The notes under the pieces: generated by a model | What the model was told of the DNA's origin: nothing | The model's input: only the letters and a program-made list of their open reading frames with translations | The model's database searches: none | Shown: positions 10,401-20,694 of the stretch, piece after piece | Numbering within the stretch: the first letter of the stretch is position 1 | Layout: each line of letters begins with the position of its first letter | Translations under genes and position numbers: made by a program | NCBI RefSeq assembly: GCF_963506605.1 | Contig: NC_083279.1 | Location: 87,234,001 to 87,298,000, forward strand | Origin: Zootoca vivipara | Taxonomy: Eukaryota | DNA length: 64,000 bases | Direction: 5' to 3'

Positions 10401-13400
10401 GAGATGTCCTAAGTGCAATGCAAATATTCTATCACTGAGATGCGGTCCTTCCCTTGTTGTTGTTGTTTAGTCGTTTCCGACTCTTCGTGACCCCATGGAC
10501 CATAGCATGCCAGGCACTCCTGTCTTCCACTGCCTCCCGCAGTTTGGTCAAACTCATGTTCGTAGCTTCGAGAACACTGTCCAACCATCTCATCCTCTGT
10601 TGTCCCCTTCTCCTAGTGCCCTCAATCTTTCCCAACATCAGGGTCTTTTCCAAGGATTCTTCTCTTCTCATGAGGTGGCCAAAGTATTGGAGCCTCAGCT
10701 TCAGGATCTGTCCTTCCAGTGAGCTCTCAGGGCTGATTTCCTTAAGAATGGATAGGTTTGATCTTCTTGCAGTCCATGGGACTCTCAAGAGTCTCCTCCT
10801 TCCCTTATCAGGGGCTTATAAGAATTGGGGCTAAAAGCAGCGCAGAAAAGCATTTATTTTTAGCTGGATTGTCCATTTTGAGCGAATTTCCAAGTTTACG
10901 TTTGTTCTTCCTGCTTTCTTTCAGCCACGTGGGTTGGAGGAGCCTACATCAATGGCACTGCTGAAATTGTCTACCTGCCTTCAAGAGGACTCGTGTGGGT
11001 CCAAGCCCCAGCAGGATTTGCTGTGTCTCTCCTTCTTGGTAAAGTTTTCAAAGAAGCTTAAATATGTAACTATTCCATCCAATAAAAATCAGTACTGGAA
11101 ATGATGAGAGCCTCGTCCAAGGGGAATGCAGAAGTTTGACTTTGATTCACATTGCCCTTGTTGCATACGAAAAGGAGCAATCCAAACACAAGATCCGCTG
11201 GGATGAGGGGGTTTCCGGATAGATGGATCTTGGGCCGAATCTGGACTATGAAACTAAATTTCCCTATCTTGGGTCCGCCATAAATACTTAGAATCATAGA
11301 ATCATAGAGTTGGAAGAGACCACAAGGGCCATCCAGTCCAACCCCCTGCCAAGCAGGAAACACCATCAAAGCATTCCTGACAGATGGCTGTCAAGCCTCT
11401 GCTTAAAGACCTCCAAAGAAGGAGACTCCACCACACTCCTTGGCAGCAAATTCCACTGTCGAACAGTGCAAACCCTCTGATCCTGTGAAGCCGAAGCCAG
11501 GGAAATACCCAAAAAGGGGTGCTCCAGGGGTGTGGCAGAGGCAGGGCAGAGGAGGAGACAGCCCCTATTTCAAACTCCTTTCAGCTCAGTCACAAGGCTT
11601 AGTAACCCAGCAGATTGCTATCCAACAATCCCTGAAGGTCACTGTGATGACTATTCCCAGGTTAGAGTGCTGGTCCAGGTGTGAGGAGACCCCGGTTCAA
11701 ACCTCCACTCAGGTATGGAAACTTGCTATGTGATCTCAAGCCAGTCACCTTCTCTCAGACTACAGGATTGTTAAGGATAAAATGGGAAAGAGGAACCACG
11801 TATGCCACTTTTAGCTCTTCAGGGGGAATTTTGGGTCTTTAAAAACATTGCTTCCGCCCAGATGACAATAATAATTGCAATACAACTGCTTTTTAACAGG
11901 TGGGCTCTTCTTTGTCAAGCCAATGAGATCAAAGAATTACGTGACAATGATGGATCCACTCCAAGAAACGTATGGGAATGTGATGGCAAGCCTCATGTTT
12001 ATTCCATCGTTGATAGGGGACATATTCTGGTTTGCAGCTATTCTTTCTTCCTTAGGTAACTAAACATCTCTTGCTTGTCTGAAGGACTGAAGGCTTGTTT
12101 CAGTAAAGTAGTAACTGCTTTAATTACAGCCCATGAGTCTGTGCAGCCCACATTTCCACTCCATCCATTTCAAATGTCTACAGATGGGGAAACCAAGAGG
12201 AGGATAGATGGAGTGATTTGCCCTAAATCGGATGGGGAACCTCAGACCAGGCAGCCCAAAGTGGCCCTAGATCTCTCTCTCTCTCTCTGGTCCTTGGGCA
12301 CTCTCCCCAGGCCACAGCCGCTCCTCAGCCATGTCCTGCAACAACCCTACTTCATACCCACCGTGAAGAATAACCAGAACTGCTAGTGTTTCCACATCTG
12401 GGAATGTTCATAATGTCTAGAGCAGTGTTTCTCAACCAGTGTGCCTCCAGATGTTTTGGGACTACAACTCCCATCATCCCTAGCTAGCAAGACCAGTGGT
12501 CAGGAATGATGGGAGTTGTAGTCCCAAAACATCTGGAGGCACACTGGTTGAGAAACACTGGTCTAGAGTAGCCTTTCCCAACCTCTGGCACTCCAGATGT
12601 TTTGGAGTTCAAAGGCCATCAGCCCCAGATGTATGGTCAATGATCACAGTCCAATGATTGGAACTGTAGACTAGTAACAGCTGGAGGACACCTGTTTGGG
12701 GAAAACATCTGCTCTAGAAGAACATCTCTCCCTATGTTAATGCTTGTATCTCTTAAGGAGAAATTCTGTCACTTGTGTTGCACACTAATATAATGATATA
12801 AGGGAAATTGTGTAGCATTAAATTTCATACTGTAGCTTAATGTTGTCCTTTTTTCCGCAGGTGCAACCATGCAGGTCATTTTGGATATCCATGGTATTTT
12901 AGTCATTGTTATCTCTGCATGCACAGTTATAATCTATACTTTATTAGGCGGCCTGTACTCGGTTGCATATACAGATGTAATACAGCTGGTCTTTATAACA
13001 GTCAGCCTGGTAAGTCCCAATATTGTTATTTTACTACTCACTTGAAATGCTGGTTTGATTTTTTTAAAAAAAACCATATCCATATTCTACACACACGGGG
13101 CTTGGTCTCAGTCTCTGTGAGGGTGTGATGGGTACAAAATGCTAGGACAAAATTATGAGTCTGGGGATAATCTTTGCTTGCAGTGAATCTGAGCACCATC
13201 AAAGTGAATGAGTGCTCTCTCTACATGTGTGGAGCTAGAGCTTCAGGTGTGAGCAGGAGTTGTGTCTCGAGGACCCGCCACTGGAGCCAGTTCTCTACAT
13301 AGCTGCCAAGTACCCCGTTTCCCCCGGGAAAACCCCATATTTTCTTACCGTTTCCCGCAGGTGTCCCGAATGGCAAAATACCCCATATTCCCCCGGATTA

Positions 13401-16400
13401 CGGAGCTCCTGCCGACGGCCATGTTCTTCTGGTGCTGCGCCGGCACCAGAAGTCGCTTCTACACACTTCCGGACATGCGTAGAAGCGACTTCTGGTGCTG
13501 CAGACATTTTGGAAATGGGCACAGCGGCATCGGAAGTCCCTTCTACGCATGTCCGGAAGTGCGTAGAAGCGACTTCCGGTGTCGCGGCACTGTTGATCCC
13601 GGAACTTGGCACCTATGGTTCTCTATAGTAATCATCAGCAACCAGCTGCTCGTAAGGTCAAATATTGTCTGTGGGTGAGCAGCTATCGACCCATCACTCA
13701 CCTATGTCCCCTGTTTGATGGATTTTGGTGAGCAGGAGAGGATATTTCATTTTACTTTCCTCTTTTCACTTGTGGGTAGCATATTTTGCAAACCAGAGCT
13801 CAAGGCTGGTGTCCTTGAGGGAACCTGGTGGGGGAAATAATTCTGATGTTTCTCTTTTTACCGCAAGTGGGTTTGTATCCCCTTCGCCCTCATGAACTCT
13901 GCAACAAAAAGCATTTCCTACACTGCTGTGCATGACGTCTTCCAAGCACCTTGGATTGGAAAAATGGAAGTGAAGTATCTTGGAAGGTGGCTCGATGACT
14001 TCTTATATTTGGTAAGAACTGCTCCCAAGGCAGATGGGGGTGTGCAAGCTGGTGGTGCTTGCTGTTTTATTTCATTCTGGCCAGACCGTAGACAGTGGCA
14101 TATGGAGACTCTCGGTCACCCGGGGTGGCAACCCGCTCCGTAGTGCGCACTATAGCAGCACCGCCGGCAAACCGCGAGCAAGCTGTGGAGCGAGGTTTTT
14201 TTTACAAAGCCTCGCTCTGCAGCTTGCTCGCTCACCTGCTCGGTGTGCGCTTTGCTTCTGACTGCTGGGGCGGAGGCGAAGGGCGGGCCAGGGAGGGGTG
14301 TGCGGCTGCCGCCCCTCTCTGACCCGCCCCTCGCCTCCGCCCCAGCAGGAAGAAGCAAAGCGCGCTGGCCGAGCAAGTGAGTGAGCAGCCAGCTGCCGAG
14401 CAAGGCTTTACCGGGTGGCGGCTGGCTGCTCGCTCATGGGGGGGGGGGGGGGGCACCGATTGTCAGCAAGCTCCGCGCATGGTCCCGCCTACCACTCTGT
14501 TGAGTGGCATGTAAAGCAGACAACGTTGGCTGCTTCACATGCCACTCAACAGTGGCGGATGGCTGCAACATCAGGGCTTGTGCGATGGCAGTCGCTGCAC
14601 CGGCGGCCGTCGTCGGTGGAGGTGGGGGGCGCGCCGAAGTGTTCCCCCCCCCCCCCGGAGTGGAACCCAGGGCACCCTGCCCCCATCGCCCCCCTTGCTA
14701 CGCCCCTGACCGTAGAAATAGTTGTGTTGGATGAGCAGGGGAAATGTATACCATGTCTGCAGAGGAAAAACACCCGTTCACAGGTGCAATTTGAATTGGA
14801 GCCACATCTGAGAATGGATTTCCAAGCGGCTTCCTGCAACGCCCCCATTACTGGTTACACTGATAATTCTGAACAGCAAACTGCCTTGCTCTTTGCTCAA
14901 GTTTGGTCCACAGTGAGTGGGGGAATTAAAGATTTGGACCTTGGGGTAGTATTGCCCCTTTCTAACATTTGTTTCTGCGGTTTTCTTTTTGTAAATAAAA
15001 TCGGGATTTTTCCTCAGGACGGTGGAGGGTTGATTATGTTGCATCCCATTTGTGAGGTGGCGGCGGCACTCGCCCCTGTTCTGATAGGAAATGCTTTGCA
15101 GGAGGGACGGACCCAAAAATGGGGGGGGGGTCAAGGAGGGTCAGTTGTTCAGGAGTCAAAAACGTCCCTACTTTCACCTGAAGAATGTTGGAGGGTATTA
15201 GATTGTCATTTGTTCTGATCTATTGCTGAATAGATTCCCAAGGGTTTTCCCTTGGGAAGAAACGAGGCAAGAGGGAAACCACTTGGAACCAGAGCAAAAT
15301 TGGGAGTGAGCCCTTCATCACTCAGACAAGACTCAGTTGGAATGGAAGGCCACAAGGCCTAAAAGCACTTGGATTGTACAGTGGTACCTCTGGTTAAGAA
15401 CTTAATTCGTTCCAGAGGTCTGTTCTTAACCTGAAACTGTTCTTAACCTGAGGTACCACTTTAGCTAATGGGGCCTCCCACTGCCGCCGCCATGCATTTT
15501 CTGTTCTCATTCTGAAGCAAAGTTCTTAACCCAAGGTACTATTTCTGGGTTAGCGGAGTTTGTAACCTGAAGCATTTATAACCCGAGGTAACACTGTATT
15601 GCCTGAAGTGACTTTTGGGCTGGCTGTAATGTGGTGGGAGGCTGAGTGATATGTTCATAACCTTCTGCTTCTCTTCCAGGCTCTTGGGAGTATCCCGTGG
15701 CAAATCTATTTCCAGCGAGTTCTCTCAGCCTCTTCTCCAAATGAAGGAAGACTCATCTCCTACCTTTCTGGACTGGGGTGCTTCATCATGGCCATCCCTT
15801 CTGTTGTCATTGGGGCTGTCGCTGCTTCCACAGGTAAGCCATATGTGTTTGCTCTTGTGCCCCACAAGAAGTTCACACCTGGGGGGGAACAAATGAAGCG
15901 AAAGTGACACAGAATACGCTTCAGGCAGCAGAGCTGCAATATCAACAGGCGGCAAGTCACTCAGCATACACACCTTGACCTAAAGAGCAAAACAATCCCA
16001 ACCCATCCTAAAACCCTAAGCGGGGAGTGAGAGTGACCTAGGCTTGCCACAGACATAGGCTTAAGTGAGAAAGCTGGAACATGTCCAGAGGAGGGCAACC
16101 AAAATGGTCAAAGGCCTGGAAACAATGCCTTATGAGGAATGGCTTAGGGAGCTGGGTATGTTTAGCCTGGAGAAGAGAAGGTTAAGGAGTGATATGATAG
16201 CCATGTTCAAAAATATAAAAGGATGTCATATAGAAGAGGGTGAAAGGTTGTTTTCTGCTGCTCCAGAGAAGCAGACACGGAGCAATGGATTCAAGCTACA
16301 AGAAAGAAAATTCCACCTAAACATTAGGAAGAACTTCCTGACAGTAAGAGCTGTTCGACAGTGGAATTTGCTGCCAAGGAGTGTGGTGGAGTCTCCTTCT

Positions 16401-19400
16401 TTGGAGGTCTTTAAGCGGAGGCTTGACAGCCATCTGTCAGGAATGCTTTGATGGTGTTTCCTGCTTGGCAGGGGGTTGGACTGGATGGCCCTTGTGGTCT
16501 CTTCCAACTCTATGATTCTATGATTCTATGGTAGGGAAGGATATAGCTATCCAGAAGTAAGTGGAACGCAAGTTAGAGATAAGGAGGACTTTTGTTTGAG
16601 GGTTATACTCTTCCCACCAGTAAACTTCAGCAGCAAGGCTACAGCATCTCTCTCCCCCATTCCTTGGTCTTCATAGGGCTGGTCCTCAATGATACTGTAG
16701 TTACCTAGAAAAAGAGCTGCTGGAACTCACCATGAATGCCTCCCTTGTTCTCTTAGAATGGCAATGGTGCCCACCTGAGAGGTGCCAGAACTGAGTTCCA
16801 GCAAGTTCCAGCTGGGAAAAAGCCCTGCTAGTCCTTGAGATGATGGAGAAGCAAAGAGGAGGTCCCAGGGGAGCTTTGAGGGCTCCTCAACAACTGAACA
16901 TCTCGAGTTTCTCAGTTCTTTTGAGCCAATGTGCTGCTATAGAATGGGGACAAGGTCTTTTGGATGAGCAATTGTCCTCACACCTTCATTCCATTGCTCA
17001 TTTGCTACAAGTTCCTGTCTGTTTGCCTTTTTGTGATCAAAAGGACATGGCCTAGTGAGAAGCCACTAAGTGGTTATCTGTATGTTTCCTGAATCCTGAG
17101 TTCATGCTTGGTAGATGCTAGACTATGCAGAACCCCAACAGGAGGTGGGAGTTTGGTTTGCTTGATAACACAAGACTAGTGTATTGACCTTTAAGCATGA
17201 AGAGATCAGGTAGTCTTAGCCATGCCTTCCAGGGCACATTTTAGAGAAAGACTAGCTCCGAGATAGTTCATTGAGGGGTGTATTTTATATCAAATAATGC
17301 CAGTTTATGATGCCATGATCTACAACAGGTTTCCCCAAACTTGGGTCTCCAACTGGTTTTTTTTTTTTTACTACAATTCTCATCATCCCTGGGCCACTGC
17401 TCCTGCTAGTTAGGGATGATGGGAGTTGTAGTCCAAAAGCAGCTGGAGACCTAAGTTAGGAAAACTCTGGTCTGCAGTAACAAACCATATAAATTCAGAT
17501 TAGCACACACCATAACACCACCCGGAGGACCGCAAGTCCTCCCTGATTCTTCTGGGGAGAAAGAAGTTGTGATGAATTTTAGGGACAGCCAATTTCGTTC
17601 AAAGACACGCTGTTCCTAACCTAGCCTACTCTCCCTGTTGGTAAAAGTGATAGGGAAGACTTCCTGTTCCTTTGCATGCGTTAACCCTCATGCTGAAATA
17701 CGATCAAACCTTTTAACATACATGACGCTTCTCTGTTTCCTTCCTAAGACTGGAACCAGACTGCCTATGGCCTCCCCAGTCCCAACGACAGAGGAGAGTC
17801 TGCCCTCATCCTCCCACTGGTTCTCTACCATCTGTGCCCAACGTATATCGCCCTTGGTGGCTTGGGCGCCCTGGCTGCTGCCGTGATGTCTTCTGGGGAT
17901 TCTGCCTTGCTCTCTGCTGGTACCTTGTTTGCTCACAACATATACAGGAAAGTCTTCAGGAAAGATGTGAGTTGCTGCGAATAATATCGACACCAGCGGG
18001 CGGAGGGAGGTCTGTGGGGGACGCAAGCGCCTTCACTATATTATTTTCAACGCCTGCTAAAAATTTTGTTTTGTTTTGACAAGCCCACCCAGATATGTGG
18101 AATGTTGATTTGTATTTTAATCTGTTTTTAGTTTATCACGGATTTTGATTTTTTAAAATGATTTAATAGTTGCTTGCAACTGTTTTTACGAATAGTTTTA
18201 TTGTTTTATTCCTGTCGTAAATTGCTTTGAGGTTGTTGTTTTTTTATAATCAAGCAGTGCATACATTTTTATGAAATAAAAATAAACATAAAGTAATGCA
18301 GGAATTCCCTCCCAATGCAAAACAGAAGCATGATTTTCCCGCACCTGGGGCGGAAAAGGTTAAATCCTTTCTCCATGTCTGCCCTGATGCCGTCAATTAT
18401 CCCTTCCCCTACCCCATGATATCTGTATTAAAAATGAAAGAAACTGAATGTTAAATGCAAAGCCAAATCTAGGTTCTCTCTATAAGAAGAGAGAAACTTG
18501 AAAGGCCACAACAGAAATATGCACTGGAACATAATAAAATTTAAAGATAGAAAGCCAGTAGTTACACAGAGTTACACTCAAAATGATCACAGGAAATAGA
18601 TTCGTAACATTTCATAAAATATATTGCAAGGCTCCTCATCTCATTAACTAAACCGGCTCTTGGAGTTTGCGGTAAGCAGTTGACTTCACCAGTAAGAATA
18701 TAGCAGAGACCTTTCTTTTAAAACGAAATGAAATAAAGCAATTCTTAATTTAAGGTGTCCCTGGGAATTTCCAGGAAGCGGTAACAACAGGGTTCAAGGC
18801 CACCCCAAATCCCAGAAAGACAATTTAAATAGAATACATAATAATAAGTGAAATTGGTAAAAGTTACCCAGCTGAGTGTAGTCGTGTCAGACTTAGGACC
18901 TAGCAGACCACCTGAACTCAGCTATGAAGCTGCCTGGGTGACCTGGGTGGTCCAGTCGCTGTGTCTCGGCCCCCAGCCTACCTCACAGGGTTGTTGTGCG
19001 GGTAAAATGGAGAGGAGGAGAGTCATGCACGCCACCTTGAATTCCTTGGAGGAAAGGCGGCATAGAAATGTAATAGCACCTAAACAAATAATAAAGCACA
19101 TATTTCTTTATTTCCAGGCATCAGAGGAAGAAGTGCTATGGGCGATGAGAATGTCCATGGTGATCTTTGGCATGATGTCCGCAGGTCTAGCTTTTCACGC
19201 CCATTCCATTTATGACCTCTGGTTCCTGAGTGGAGAACTCGTCTACGCTCTCCTCTTCCCCCAGCTCTGCTGCGTCCTCTTCATTCGCAACACCAACACT
19301 TACGGCTCCGCCGCCGGGTTCTTCTTGGGCCTCCTGCTGCGCCTCTTGGCAGGGGAGCCCACCCTGAACCTCCCCCCGGTCATCCATTACCCAGGATGCT

Positions 19401-19624
19401 CTCTGGTTGACGGGGCCTATGTCCAGCTGTTCCCATTTAAGCTGTTCACCATGCTGGTATCTCTGCTGACCATCGTCTCCGTCTCGCATCTGTCCGCCTT
19501 TCTATTTAAGGCAAACGTCCTTCCCCGCAGATGGGACGTCTGTAAGATCATGCGAGCTGACAGGGTGGTCATTTCCTTACCCCAGAGACGAAAAAGAGAT
19601 GCCTGCGCCAGAACAGAGTTTTGA
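7486..19624 (+). CDS. SLC5A7-like: High-affinity choline transporter 1-like (SLC5A7/CHT1 paralog, SSS family), 538 aa, complete
   Basis: Coding exons 7486-7660, 10925-11038, 11900-12055, 12861-13009, 13868-14011, 15680-15833, 17749-17966, 19118-19624 (175/114/156/149/144/154/218/507 nt, 1617 nt total), all GT-AG and in frame. In-frame stops lie just upstream of the ATG. CHT1 motifs: [100 protein letters not shown]. Internal exon sizes match those I recall for SLC5A7. AATAAA at 20991-20996. Confidence 0.95.
8400..8740 (-). mobile_element. Degenerate L1/Tx1-like LINE ORF2 C-terminal fragment
   Basis: Minus-strand translation [31 protein letters not shown] resembles L1-clade ORF2 ends. A-rich tail-like sequence lies downstream on the minus strand. 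Boundaries approximate. Confidence 0.45.
8873..9228 (+). mobile_element. Sauria SINE, full length
   Basis: Same consensus as the 6279 copy, (ACCTTT)-type tail, 14-bp TSD TAAGCCTTAGTTTA (8857-8870, 9229-9242). Confidence 0.92.
9297..9545. mobile_element. hAT-type MITE
   Basis: CAGGGGTC...GACCCCTG TIR, 8-bp TSD GTCTAGCT (9289-9296, 9546-9553). Confidence 0.85.
10456..10796 (-). mobile_element. RTE/Bov-B LINE 3' fragment
   Basis: Minus-strand [67 protein letters not shown] is the Bov-B ORF C-terminus. (CAA)n tail, 10-bp TSD TCCTTCCCTT (10446-10455, 10797-10806). Confidence 0.92.
11290..11466 (-). mobile_element. CR1 LINE 3' end fragment
   Basis: (ATTCTATG)n tail on the minus strand. Reverse complement of 16351-16527 with one difference. 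Confidence 0.9.
12423..12560. mobile_element. Palindromic hAT MITE (GACTACAACTCCCATCA family)
   Basis: Long inverted arms CAGTGTTTCTCAACCAGTGTGCCTCCAGATGTTTTGGGACTACAACTCCCATCA, 8-bp TSD GTCTAGAG. Relatives at ~17326-17470, 21344-21467 (TSD CCCTATGG), ~27565-27703, 36808-36943 (TSD CTCTAAGT) and 45743-45858. Confidence 0.85.
13298..13617. mobile_element. hAT-type MITE, CATAGCTGCCAAG family
   Basis: TIR CATAGCTGCCAAGT...ACTTGGCACCTATG, 8-bp TSD GTTCTCTA. Confidence 0.85.
14093..14708. mobile_element. GC-rich non-autonomous hAT-type element
   Basis: CAGTGGCATA...TACGCCCCTG termini, 8-bp TSD ACCGTAGA (14085-14092, 14709-14716). Confidence 0.75.
15379..15596. mobile_element. Tigger-like MITE
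   Basis: TA|CAGTGGTACCTC...GAGGTAACACTG|TA. Same family at 19925-20148 and 33870-34056. Confidence 0.8.
16064..16530 (+). mobile_element. CR1 LINE 3' fragment (ORF2 C-terminus plus 3' UTR)
   Basis: [46 protein letters not shown]...[23 protein letters not shown] and (ATTCTATG)n tail. Confidence 0.92.
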
Positions 19625-19725
19625 GCAAATGGGAGACAAATTGTATTGGTATTTTACCCATGATCCTTCTTGAAACCATAGCTCTTTGATTGAGGTCATC
19701 TTCTATGCTGTGTGATTTATTGTTA

Positions 19726-20148
19726 CAGTCATACCTCGGTTTAAGTACACTTCGGTTTGAGTATTTTCAGTTTAAGTACTCCGCGGACCTGTCTGGAACG
19801 GATTAATCCACTTTCCATTACTTTCAATGGGAAAGTTCGCTTCAGGTTAAGTACGCTTCAGGTTAAGTACAGACTTCCGGAACCAATTGTGTTTGTAAAC
19901 CGAGGTACCACTGTATTATTCTTACAGTGGTACCTCTGGTTAAGAACTTACCTTGTTCTCGAGGTCCGTTCTTAACCTGAAACTATTCTTAACCTGAAGC
20001 ACCACTTTAGCTAATGGGGCCTCCTGCTGTCGCTGCGCCACCGGAGCACGATTTCTGTTCTCATCCTGAGGTAAAATTCTTAACCTGAGGTACTATTTCT
20101 GAGTTAGCAGAGTTTGTAACCTGAAGTATTTGTAACCCAAGGTACCAC
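19726..20148. mobile_element. Two adjacent Tigger-like MITEs in the putative 3' UTR of the SLC5A7-like gene
   Basis: 19726-19913 (TA|CAGTCATACCTCGG...CCGAGGTACCACTG|TA) and 19925-~20148. Confidence 0.75.
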
Positions 20149-20604
20149 ATCATCATCATCATCATCATCATTATTATTGAAATCCATAGTCACAGCAAAG
20201 TGCCCTCTCCCATTGTGGCACAACCTCCAACACCTTTCTTTTTTTCCTAGTCCCATTAATCCAATGTCTGGGCTCTTTCAGTAAAAACATGAAGCCTTTG
20301 AAGCCCTTTAATCGGTGCTGCAGCTACAGATTTGTTGCTCTTCGATCGTTTAGTTGTATAGAGTGTCTTAATTGATTGGTTACTTTTGCCAAATTTGTAG
20401 CCCTCTGTGTAATGAGGGGGGAAATTCCAATTCTGAAATGCATCCTTTATCAACAGTACCATCAACAGTAGGAGTGGAGCATGTGTCCTAATTTACAGAG
20501 GACGGTCCTCTATTTGAAGGTGTCGCCTGAAGGGTTGACATTTTAAAGAATCCCAAGGAGGGAGAGTTGGAGGAGCTCGCACAAAGCTACAATTCCCAGA
20601 GAGG

Positions 20605-20694
20605 CATAGCTGCCAAGTTTTCCCTTTTCTCACGAGGAAGCCTATTCAGCATAAGGGAATTTCCCTTAAAAAAAGGGATAACTTTGCAGCTATG
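20605..20694. mobile_element. Short hAT MITE, CATAGCTGCCAAG family
   Basis: TIR CATAGCTGCCAAGTT...AACTTTGCAGCTATG, 8-bp TSD CAGAGAGG. Confidence 0.8.

Noticed and set aside
14415-15218. 267-aa ORF in intron 5 of the transporter
   Set aside because: Begins inside a GC-rich hAT element with poly-G/C runs and shows no protein-family signal.
18848-19117. Upstream extension of the 258-aa ORF
   Set aside because: Intronic read-through. The real exon begins at the TTTCCAG acceptor (19118), where CHT1 homology starts.
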